Shown here piece by piece: positions 13,995-25,415 of a stretch of 64,000 nucleotides of DNA. The notes beneath the pieces were generated by a model that was not told where the DNA came from, did not search any database, and was given only the letters and a program-made list of their open reading frames with translations. Within the stretch, counting starts at the first letter, position 1. Each line of letters begins with the position of its first letter. A program made the position numbers and the translations under genes. Source of the stretch: Diadema antillarum (lineage: Eukaryota); NCBI RefSeq assembly GCF_040938485.1, contig NW_027271156.1, positions 558,001 to 622,000 on the forward strand, in the 5' to 3' direction.

Positions 13995-14224
13995 ATTCAA
14001 AAGTAAGTTTTTTTGTTTGTTTGTTTGTTTGTTGTTGTTGTTGTAGTTGGTTTTTGTTTTTGTTTTTTGGTCACGCGTATTTGAAAGCAGTGCTGTATTC
14101 GCTTTACGAATAAAATAACTAAGGATTCTCACTTCACAGTTAAGGTATAGGAGTTCATTTTAGTATTGATCTTTCAGTCCTTCTATTGCCTGATTTTTTT
14201 CTCTCATTTATACACATTAGGATA

Positions 14225-15321
14225 GCAACCGAGCTAACATTTTGGACGTTTTCTGATCGTTCTTGAAACGTTCCAAGTTCGTTATTTGGACGTTTTCAGA
14301 ACGTCTTTTTGTGAAAGGTTTTTTGTCGTATTTAAAAAGTTTAAAATGGACGTTATAAAAACTTTTTTTTTTAATGTTGAAAAAAAAAACATGTAAGAGA
14401 AAAAAGTATACATATAGGCCTATACATTTACAAAACTTTTAGGATCCGCAGAAAACCTTTTGGACGATATAGACGTCAGAAAACCTTTTTAAAACAGTCA
14501 AAACGTTCATAAATCGTTTTAAAAGTTTTATGACCCTTTCCAGACTCGTTTAGAGAACCTTTTAATAACCGTCTAGAACGTCCAGAAAGCCATTTAAGAA
14601 CGTCTAATGTGTATTTTATTAAAAAATTTAAAAAGTAAAAGTAAGAGATTTTACAGTCACATTCTGGGATTAATAAGCCTTAATACTAATCCTATATTTC
14701 AATCTGTTCCTAACATCCTACCACCATATACCTATATCCTATTCTCAGTTGATGTGTCTATATCACATTATTTTGTATACCGGCAAAAATTTTGTAATGC
14801 ATGAAGACATGGTTAACTCAACTAAGATTAAATCACATATACCTTATAATTAGGCCTATTCAAATAATTATGAAAATACCTCTTCATAACACATTTAGAG
14901 ATTGTGAATAACTGACCAATCGATAACGTATTGGTACAATTAATACACAAAATTTGAATACAGGATAATTAATACTTTAGATATCAATGTCTTTTATCTA
15001 TTTCCACTAGTTTTCAAATTTAAGATGTTCTTAGTTGAGTACTAATAAATATGCATGAATATTCATGTTAAAGAAACCAATGACGAAGACGTACCAGACC
15101 TAATAACAACTTTTGTGGAAGTTTATAAATGACGAAGACATGGTAGACAGGCGTTTTGTAACGTCCATCGACGTTTTTAAAACGTTCTCAAACAAAAACC
15201 TGTGCTTAGTCCAATTGACGTTATATTATGTACGTTTTAAAACGTCCATTTCATACGAAGACGTGCGGAACCTGAAAAAAAAAAAAAGTTGAGGAAACTT
15301 TTTTTTTAATGAATTTGCTGG
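14225..15321. mobile_element. Degenerate TIR element rich in AAACGT/GGACGT motifs
   Basis: The interior has many repeated ACGTT/AACGTCC motifs. The ends resemble CC(G)AGCTAAC...TTTGCTGGG; boundaries are approximate. Confidence 0.4.
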
Positions 15322-15755
15322 GATCTCATATTGTAGATGAAATTAGTGATATTTGATAGCATCGCACGTTTTATATGATTTAATATCTTTTTGAAATATA
15401 ATCATCATGATATCTATCTAATATAAATAAATATGAATAAATAATCAATAAAATGATAAACAAATAAATAGATAAAGCAAGCATAAAGGATTCATGCACG
15501 TACGATATACATTTTGGTTAAAGTTATTATATATCCAACTATACTCATTGTGATTTTTGTGTGTTTGTGTAAAAAGTTGCTTCCTTGGATAACTTCTCTG
15601 AAAATCGGCTATTGCATTACATCTATGTCTACCCCCTATGACGATCACATTTTGCAAACAACAATCTTAGACACAACTGTTTTTCACCTAGGTCATCACT
15701 CAACGTCCTTGTTATCACGGTTATTATCAGTGCAAGCACCATTAATCACAAACAA

Positions 15756-15787
<32 letters not shown>

Positions 15788-16350
15788 GCAAAATCTTTAA
15801 TTGAATGAGACCATTAAGATACCAATAAGTTCGGTGACAGATTTTGGTGTTGCTCATTTGCGACCGATAGCCTACCTTGCACTGCATGGCCACTAACGTG
15901 ACCATGGTGACTGAGCTTTGCCTCACAGTTCAGAGTGTGTTATATCAAGAAGTCGAAAACACCTTTCAGGGCAGTTTATTTGAGTTCTTCTAGAGAAAAA
16001 AGAAGAACTACACTGCACTGTAGCGTTTTGTTAGCGAAATGTAAAATAGTATTAAAATATCAGTACAAAAAAAGCAACAACAATCAGTTCACTCCATGTT
16101 ATATTATAGGCATCAAAAACAGTGACAACAAAATATAAACAAGAAAACACTTAGAACTGAAGAAAGGCTATTGTAACAGTCTTATTGAACTGCTAATGAG
16201 AAATAAGCTTAGAAGTTAGTCTACGTAATTTTCTTTAAGACAAACCAATTATTGTTTTGTAAGTTATTAATATTCATATTTCATTTGCATTGTTATCATT
16301 ATTAGTTGGTATTATACCATTACTGTTGTCATCATGACTGCTCATCCCGG

Positions 16351-16387
16351 CTACTTCTACTACTATGCTACTACTATAGTAGAAGTA

Positions 16388-16461
<74 letters not shown>

Positions 16462-16510
16462 TGGTAGTAGTAGTAGTAGTAGTATAGTAGGCCTACTAAT
16501 AGTAGTAGTA
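16351..16510. repeat. (CTA)-like tract followed by a long (TAG)n microsatellite
   Basis: Pure TAG run from about 16388 to 16461, with imperfect flanks. Confidence 0.9.
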
Positions 16511-17133
16511 TAGAGTACACATAAGAGTAAGAGTAGTATAGAAGTAGCACAACTGCAAGTATCGCCGTCATCTTTTCACTCCATTTTGAAAGCGGGGAAA
16601 AAATACAATAACCACTCAGTTGACTGCATACCGGTAATATAGCCAAGCATAAATCAGTTGAGAAGTTGTTGCTGGACAATCTTTCAATTCTAAAGTGCCA
16701 CATCTATTTCACAGCTTAAACACAATGACAACAACAGCAAACAAACAAAAAAACAATAATGTAAAGGTCAAAAAGGTGACAAGAATGATCAGACCTGTGT
16801 GGATGTATATCCGTATACGAATACGAGAATTATTGCAATGAAGTCATTGACTTTTGTGGTTTTTGAATTATACCTTGCACCTCCTGCCTCGTGAGGATAT
16901 GATGTCACCGGCAGTGCTCAGGAAATACAGCGGTCCAAACTGTGTGCTGTATCAGTCAGCACTCGCGGGTAGACCATCTGCTGACTGGTACCAGGTACCA
17001 GATATTGTTGTTGTTTTTGTTTTTGTTCTTTTTATTTAGTGATATAACACGGTGATTAAAGAGTTGAAGAGTAGGATCCTATACAATGGAAAGGAAGAGA
17101 GAAAGAAAAAGGAACAGATATATAGATGTATCG

Positions 17134-17183
17134 GAGAGAAGAGAGAGAGAGAGAGAGATGATGATGATGATGATGATGATGAT
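17134..17183. repeat. Compound (GA)9-(GAT)9 microsatellite upstream of Trf
   Basis: (GA)9 at 17141-17158 runs directly into (GAT)9 at 17157-17183. Confidence 0.92.
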
Positions 17184-18093
17184 ATAGGCAATCAGACATA
17201 CTTTTGGCGGAAATAAAATAAAATGAAATGAAATTAATTAAGGTTTTTACTTTCCCTATCGCAGTCATTTTGTTCCCTGTTCAAATTCATTATTGATGAA
17301 GTGAATACCTGTCAAATATCAGTCAGCCCCCTTTAAAGATAAACAAACTAAACAAGAAATTGTAAGCAAACAAACAAACAAAACATAGAGATTCATCAGT
17401 CATTTATTGATATCATGATCTTATTCCACAGTTACCCCCTCCCACACACACACACACATACACACAACTACACTCAAAGATGAAGGTAAAATTTTACATC
17501 TCGATCCTTCTTGACGTATGATATTATATATAATGTCATAATGACATGGTTGAAAGCAAAGGAAGTGACAAAAACAAACATCTAAAACAAATTTAAAACA
17601 TGACTGGTACTAACGAAAGAAAAAAAGAAAAACAAGCAGGCACAACAAAGATCTGAGAAATCGAAATGAAACATTCGTATACAAGTTGTAACAAGTATTG
17701 AAGAGAGCATCTCGTCATTCTCATTCCTTTATTATCTAACAAGTGTAAAATTGAAATTTGGCAACTTTTTTGTTCTTTTTCCTTCTTGATTTTAATTAGT
17801 CTAATGTTCTCCCTTTGTGTGCTCGACCTAACTTATTTTGATAAAGTCATGAAGTTGAATGCACTCCTTTATACTTTATTAGGCTTTAATTGCCCCCTTT
17901 CAATCCGTTGGTCATTATGGATGCCCATTTGCGCCTTTTGTGTTGCTTCACTTTTGTTACGTCCTGTTCTTCACCCCGATTCCCTGAACAATGTGTCAGT
18001 CGCTGCCTCACACGGCCGGAAAGGCTGTGGAATAAAACCGGAAAAACAACTCATGAGCTGTAACAGCGGGTGATTTGGTACTGTCAGGCACCG

Positions 18094-18126
18094 ATTGGGA
18101 CGATTTTCAGCTCAAAATGTATAAAA
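18094..18126 (+). promoter_or_regulatory. Putative Trf core promoter: inverted CCAAT box (ATTGG 18094-18098) and TATA box (TATAAAA 18120-18126)
   Basis: The motifs are read directly, about 110-140 nt upstream of the Trf ATG. An Inr-like TCAGATT follows near 18151. Confidence 0.55.
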
Positions 18127-18235
18127 GTCGACCACATTGTCTGTACTCCTCAGATTTCTCGGGTTCGTGCTTCCACGAGAGAAAAACTTCCAAAGCAACG
18201 AACAGAAAACTTGTCAAGAGACGGATTCCATCACA

Positions 18236-18649
18236 ATGGCCTGGAAATCAACTTTGTTCATCCTCTTTCTCGCTGCACTTACTGTCGCAGGTAAGAATAA
18301 CCTCTTTCTTTCACATCGAGTCCTATTTTTTTTTTCATATGTGTACTCTTTTACCTATTCCAAGATTACAATAAAAAAGTTTAGATAAAAATTTCAATAT
18401 GCACAGAGAATGAGAGAAGAAAAAAAATTACGCGAAACTGAAATTCAAATAATCAGAGATGGCGTATGTTTGATTTTCTGCTCGATAAATCAAACCAGCG
18501 CTTAAACACTGTCTAGCCAAAACAAAAAAAAACAAAAAAAAAAAACCCAGATATGAATAACATATATATAATATATGATATATATTATAGATAAATACTT
18601 TTATATATATGAGATTAAAATCTCATATATAATAATATCTATATATACT

Positions 18650-18688
<39 letters not shown>

Positions 18689-20153
18689 TTAAACTTTATT
18701 TCTGTGTTAATTATAACTTCGTATAACAATTACACTGTGTTTATGATTCCTAGTCTCTCTCTCAGGCTGGAAAGTTATTATTTTTACTTTCTGAACGAGA
18801 ACGATACTCACGTATAATCACGGGAAAAACGGTTAGAGTTGGTTTTCAGTTCTACATTACTTGTTGCTTGAAGATTACATTATTATCTCAACGTCTAGTT
18901 TCCTTACCAGGGACTTTGGATAGCGTTTAAATGCTATGGGGTTTTGTGTTCCAATACGCACTCAAGGCGCACAAAGGGTTGACATGAGGCTACCACAAAG
19001 GTGTGTCTTGATTTGCAAAGTTCGGCAGGTCTAATTGCTTCTATTCGTCTAATAACGTAACGTTTTGTCCACTTCTTTTGTTGCAATATCTGAACTGATA
19101 CCCTTCATAGTACTGTACATTGACAATGATACCACCAAGATTGGAAACACGCGGACTTTATAATATACGTCTGTCTTTGGTGCTTATTTTACAGTTTGCG
19201 CACAGAACGGTCGTCGGGGTCCAGACGATATACGAAGGCGGGGTCGACCCTCTGATCGTCCTGGTAGTTGGGGAGGACCAGGTGGCCGCCAGACTGAGGC
19301 GAATCTAGAGCAACGCGGAGGCGGACGACGAGATGGTGGTCGTAGGAATGAGGGACGTTCTCGACCAGGGGAGCAATTTTCAGACGGCCAAGAAAGACAA
19401 GGCGTAGAGGGAGGTGAAGGAGCTGAGTTCGGAGGACCAGGGGGCTTCAGACGAAGAGGCGGTAAACCGTTCTTTGGACAGGGAGGAAGACAAGAGGAAG
19501 GTCGACAAGGAGGACCGGATGGGGATATGTCACCGATGTCTTTTGGTGGTGGTAGGAGGTCTGATAGAGCCAATGAAACTGATGGAGACGAAAGCTTCCC
19601 TGGTCGTCATCACGGAAGGCATCACTCACGCCACCATCACCATCATCAACATCACCATGGAAGGCGTAATGAGAGTGAGGAATCTGAAGAAGGAGATAAC
19701 AACGGTACCAGTATCTTCCCTTTCAGGTTCGGTCGCCATGGAAACCGCCGACATCACCATGTAAAGTGCAATGAGAGTGAGGAGTATGATGGCGAAGAAG
19801 ACAACAATGACACTCGCATCTCTGACTTCGAGGATGCACCATTTGGTAGACCATCTCGTCGTCGTCATCATCCCTGCAAACGTAATCGTACTGAGGAGGA
19901 AAATGAAATCTCAGATCGAGGGGATCGCCGTGATCAATCTGGACGGGATGGTGGGCGACGCGGCGAAGGTGGAAATGGTCATCCCTTCCAACGTCCGGGC
20001 AATGGTGGTCGTCCATTTGGCCGTCGAGGTGACAGAAAACCCGACAGCGATGACGAGGACATGTCGACCACTATCTCAACAAGGACTGAAGAAGTTGAAA
20101 TAGAAGCAGTTGTTACCGACATCCCCGAAGTGAATGACGGATTTTTGGCATGA
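18236..20153 (+). CDS. Trf: Transformer (Trf / 185-333)-like secreted Gly/Arg-rich, His-rich immune effector protein, 337 aa
   Basis: Exon 1 18236-18290 (55 nt, hydrophobic leader MAWKSTLFILFLAALTVA, donor G|GTAAG); phase-1 intron 18291-19194; exon 2 19195-20153 open to TGA. The product has a signal peptide, a Gly-rich region containing GGKPFFGQGGR (SpTrf GGRPFFGQGGR as recalled), PGRHHGR, His-rich repeats with six N-X-S/T sequons, and an acidic C-terminus (TEEVEIEAV). A leader exon plus one large exon is the known Trf architecture. Confidence 0.8.
18645..18683. repeat. (TA)n microsatellite in the Trf intron
   Basis: Uninterrupted TA run at about 18653-18683 within an AT-rich tract. Confidence 0.85.
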
Positions 20154-20553
20154 GCAGACTTTCTTCGTGTTTTCATGCCCAAGGACTTGGTGAACATTAG
20201 AATTTTGTTATCGACCCTGCTTAGCTCGTTTTACGTGGAATGGCACAGACTCGATTGCTCCAAGTTGTATGTCATATACATGTATTTGGAGCAGTAATCC
20301 CCTTTAAAATCTTTCCCCAAGCTGCCACAGACTTCTGCAGTCACGTTTTCTTATTTCTCGACTGCACTCAGGACTTTTGATAATCTCCCGTTCAGCGTTA
20401 TTACCCAATTTCTAGAAAATGATAAAAACCTATTTGATATAATTTTGTTCATATAAGTCGCCACATTTGAAAATGCAATTTGAAATGATCATGATTTGTC
20501 GTATTAACTGCCACTTTTGACAAGTGGGAACGGAATATGCATGTAAAAATAAT

Positions 20554-20559
20554 AATAAA
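20554..20559 (+). promoter_or_regulatory. Candidate polyadenylation signal for the Trf gene
   Basis: AATAAA about 400 nt after the Trf stop. A second AATAAA cluster lies near 21315-21330. Confidence 0.35.
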
Positions 20560-21995
20560 CTGCATAATTTATGATGCACTATATTGCCATACTTTCAACC
20601 GTAATGCCGCGTTGTTTGTTTGTTTTTATGTGCCCTTGATAGAGCAGGAGACAAAAAGAACATTTTACATTTTGTTGATAAGTGTTATGTGTGTTTGTGT
20701 GTACATGTGTTTCATGTTCGTAGTGAGGAATTGCGATGTGATTGAAATACATGTGCAGACTAAGAAAAGAAAACACAAAATAGTTTGAAACACAAAAACA
20801 CGCATACACACACACGCGAGCACGCACACACAGTATATTGGAGGATAATTCACATTTCACGATATTGGGCCAACAGTGAAATATAATTTCATGTTTGATC
20901 ACGTGTATGCAAAGCATTTCCTTCCTTACCCTTAGTTTTCCAATTACATGTTTCCTGTCATTTTTTTTTTCTTGAGTATGAAAATGTGCCACAAATTACA
21001 GAATACAGAATAAGCACTAAAACACACAGATTTGATTTCAAGCTCATCTTTTTTTTCCTTTCCAATTCTTCATTTACATCTCATGATATCCATCAGCTGT
21101 CCATGTCATACAATGTAATACATGTACAAATATATTTTGAGAGACATTAAGTCCCAAGTGTGTAAAACCATGGTGCATAGTGTAGATGACACTCCTGTGT
21201 TTGAGCATCTCAGTCACAGTGTATAAATATACACATACATTCTCTCGATGCCATCTTCAGGCATAAAATGAATTTTCTGTACATACATTTGATTTGAAAA
21301 AATCTCATTCAAAGAATAAATAAATAAAAATTGATGCATTGTTCTGAATTGCTTTTTAAGCATAAATGTACTTCATTTTCCTCTGAAACACTATCTTTAC
21401 ACCAAAATCAAATTTGAGACAACAAAACCGCGTGTAAACCAACCCTTGAAACATTTCCCACTTCCTTCATGATTCAATAATTTTACACACATTTTTGGAT
21501 AACTCCCTTCTAACATTCATGACAAACCTCAAAATTTTGTAGACATTGTGTCATGACTGCCAACTGGGTACACATGTTCCATTTTTGGCTACTTTGTGGG
21601 TGGAATTTCCTTTCCGTATATCTGAATCCATGTGCCTTTTACTGGCTCCAGTGTGAGCTTCAACACGGACAAATTGAACTGGAGCAATTCTACTCCACGC
21701 TGCAGTATACAGTAGTTCTACAGTTGTAGGCACAGTACTTGATATTGTGAATATCGTTCTTATGATGGAATCGGGATAGCTCCACATTACGTGAAGATTG
21801 TTCAGGAAGGTTTCAGAGCATCCTTATCAATTTCAGAAAGGATATTGTCTCATAAAGGGTTATCATCAAGGTATCAACATCCCAAAGATTAACATAATTA
21901 CGGTGGTCTTAAGGGGTTTTTAGCACACAAAATTAATGCAAGACATCTTGAAGATATGCAACATTCTGTGCACTATGCTCAAAATCTGCGACTTG

Positions 21996-22427
21996 TTAAA
22001 GGCACATGGTCCCGTGGTTTAGTTGAATGCGTAAGCGGGCACACAGCGCAAGTTTCCTATAGAGACCTACGCTTATCGACTCCTCTTCAGCGCTTATGCT
22101 GTGACCCACTTCCCCAAGTCCTAAGAAGACGATCCACTGTAGTCAGTGGTCTGATCACAGTTCGGCTCATGATTCGGCTGAGGGGGATGACAGCTTTAGC
22201 AAACTTCTTTTGTGATGTCATAATACAAAGCACATATGCACGCTCCCTGGCATTACTACAGACCATGTGATGCATAGAGAAGACAACGAAGGCAACGTTA
22301 CCTAGCAACACCTACGCGCTTTACTCTTGATGACACCTCAACTTTGACAATCTTCGTACCAATACTAATGGTGATCGGCAGTCTCATCAACAGCGCCCTC
22401 TACACTACCGGGACTATGTGCCTTTAA
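21996..22427. mobile_element. MITE with TTAAAGGCACAT(G/A)GTCCCG TIRs
   Basis: About 19-bp inverted termini with one mismatch. Confidence 0.7.
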
Positions 22428-22684
22428 ATTGCTGAAATTGTAAGTACAGTGTGTAGGCAAATGTGTCCATAAATGTACCAAATATCTGGCTAAAGATAAC
22501 ACCTTTTGATTGCAGACCATTCACTATGGTCAAATGTTCAAAACTATGGCTGTGATAGCCCCTGAGGACATCTGGACCCTTTAGTCCAGGATGTGACATT
22601 ATTTTCAGCAATATTTCATTCTCAGGCTGCCTGGCAGTAGATGGCGCTATTCTAATCATCTGCTTGCCAGTAGAAGCACACCAG

Positions 22685-22832
22685 GGCCCTGTTGCACAAA
22701 AGTTGTGATCAATCATTAGACATAAAATCAACAAACGTAAGGCCCTGAATATTCAATTCCAATCGGCTGATAACAGACTTCTGTTTGATTTTCTGACTTG
22801 TACATGAGAGCATCGTTTTATGCAACAGGGCC
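22685..22832. mobile_element. GGCCCTGTTGCA MITE with CAG target duplication
   Basis: Perfect 12-bp TIR; CAG at 22682-22684 and 22833-22835. Confidence 0.75.
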
Positions 22833-23043
22833 CAGCCAGCAGACAATCAGAGTTAACCATCCATTGACGGGCAGGCAGATGATGAAACATATTGCATTAT
22901 ACATCCTATTTTGTACTACTCCATAATGAGCTTGACCCTAACTACAGGGGCCTATCCACAATGTCAAGATCTTTTCCATACAGCAAAGTTACAATTTTAT
23001 GTGTAGGACCACTCATCTCCATATTTTTTTTTTTTTTTTCATT

Positions 23044-23292
23044 TGAAGAGTTTGTTCGCAAAAACCGATAAGTCCATTTTTGAAGATTTTGAAGTATGGT
23101 CTCTGTCATAAAGTACAAAACAATACCTTTTAAATGATATATTGGTCACTACATATAAAGGTAAATTTTTGAAGTTATGGTCAAAAGAAGCAAAAAAATT
23201 CTTATCATTCTCTTTATTTTTCTTGACTTTTAATCGCAAATATCTCCATTTGGCAAATATGGACTTATTGGTATCTGCAAACAAACTCTTCA
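23044..23292. mobile_element. TGAAGAGTTTGTT-family MITE (copy 1)
   Basis: About 34-bp imperfect TIRs; an inverted homologous copy lies at 26181-26428. Confidence 0.8.
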
Positions 23293-24108
23293 TTTTCTTT
23301 TGTGTTACATACTTCACAGATAGATGCTATGATTTGCAAGATGATATCACAACAGCCTTTGCGATTCTCTGGCATTATGTTTCTATCTGAATGATTCTAC
23401 TATACCCAATCTCCAAGAGAAAAAAAAAAATGAAATTACATTACAGTAAAAAGATTTTCTTCAAAATCGAATGCATGTCAATTTCCAAGGAGGAATAATG
23501 CTGATTTGGTACTTCAATGGGATGAAACCAATGCATTTTCCATGGCATAATAGTGGCAACTATACACCACATAGCAATTAATGCTGGAGAAAGAAAAAAA
23601 CAGCAATAAAAAGAGGTTTTCTTTGAAATGTTGCTAAACATCTTCACCCCCCCCCCCAAAAAAAAAAAAAAAAAACTCCATTACTGCTCAGACAACCTGG
23701 TACAAGTGTATCTACAATTGTACTGTATCTCCCTTCTCAGTCAGAGAGGCAACATAATTCTAGTGCATGGGGAAATGAAACAGCAAGAGTAAAAGAAGTG
23801 TAAAAATATTGGCCTTCTGCCATAAATGTAGAGCAGATTCCACCATTCCTATCCTTGGCGATAAATGGCATCAAGGTAGTTTAACGGGGTCCTGTACCAC
23901 ATGCAATGCACTTGTCAGTGTTCCATGTACAAGTTGCATGGGCAGTGCCTTTGCACAAAGACATGAGCAGGACATCATACTCAGTTCAAGTGTTCAAAAT
24001 CATTTCCACACAGTGTTTCTCTACTTTTGCGACAACAAAATAATTGCTTCCATGGACAAAAGTTCTCCCTCTCTCTAAAAAAAGAGCAGAAAATATTCCA
24101 AATCATTA

Positions 24109-25380
24109 TCAGACCGGGGTACCCTCTCCTCTTGATGAGGTTTCAGTTCTGGCTTTGGTCTGATCCACATTTGTTACGTCTTCGAGAGAAATCTTGTCCA
24201 CGGCGTGAAGGAGACCGTCCAGGTTGTCGTGATACTGCTTGCCAGACATCCCCAGCTGGCTTGGCAGAGGGCTGCTGTAGGCGTGAGATGCTTCCACCTC
24301 CTCCAGAACCCTGGAGGACTTGAGGTCCTCTACAGCCCCTCGCACCAAGACATTGAGAAGCCACTCAGAGTTACGCTTGCGCTCCGTTGTGAGGGGTGGG
24401 TAGGGGTTCCCGATGTACTCCAGGAAGGCCGTCTTCTGATTGTGATCTCCTTGGAAACCCGGAACTCGCAACAGCCTGGTGAAGTTCCGTGTTGTCCCTT
24501 CAAAGCGGGGACCTAGCACTTTAAAAAGCTTGTGAACTTGCTTCTTATCCTGTGATAAGAACAAAAAGAGACAACATTGACTACTTAATTTGTAGATGAC
24601 ACATGTAACAGGAACTCTTTGACAATTTGAAGTGTTGGTTGAAGGTATTTTATGATTATCAATAGACTTGACTTTGAACATCACGATTTTAATGCACTGC
24701 AAGTTAGACCACATGTTTGTCATTTTAGAAATATCATAACATGTCAGCAAACTTTGTTAATTTTTCAGTCATTATCATGCTATCTGTATGCAGTCTCCAA
24801 GGTTTAAAGAAATAACCATCATTAGTGATGTTTTCCCTTCACTCAATCATGAGCAAAAGGGCTTTTAATCCATCTAGAACAAGCTGGTTTAATGTAGCAC
24901 ATATTTTTCAATACCTGTTTGTGCATTCTCACGACTAGTCTTCGACAGGTTAATAACGTCACTTTAAATTTCAAGAAGTATGCATACATTGTACATATTG
25001 AGCTGTTAAATCATTCACAGTCAACACATTGAAGACAGAACATGCAAAAAAGTCCTTTGAAGAAATGCACAAAGAAAGTAATGCATTTACAAGTACTTGT
25101 TTCAAAGCCTTTTCCTTTTTTTTCAGTGATATTTCATGTGACATTTCAATTAAATTTCAGTGATACAGATGAGAACAGTCTGCAGTACCAAGCCTATAAA
25201 CAGAGTGCTGGTTTACACAAAAACAATAAATTCCCTAAGTACTTCTTTTTCTTATTTTCCTTCTTCATTCCACTATCACATGCCTTGCAATGTTATGAAA
25301 ATAATACAAAACATACAGTGTTGACAACTTTTGTCCATTCCGTACACTCAAGGAACATACTCTGAAAAACACATACATAT

Positions 25381-25415
<35 letters not shown>

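Noticed and set aside
16374-16703. 109-aa ORF with poly-Tyr and poly-Thr
   Set aside because: Translation of the (TAG)n microsatellite.
19120-20197. Multiple alternative-frame and antisense ORFs over the Trf exon
   Set aside because: By-products of GC-rich, repetitive coding sequence; only the frame spliced to the leader gives a coherent protein.
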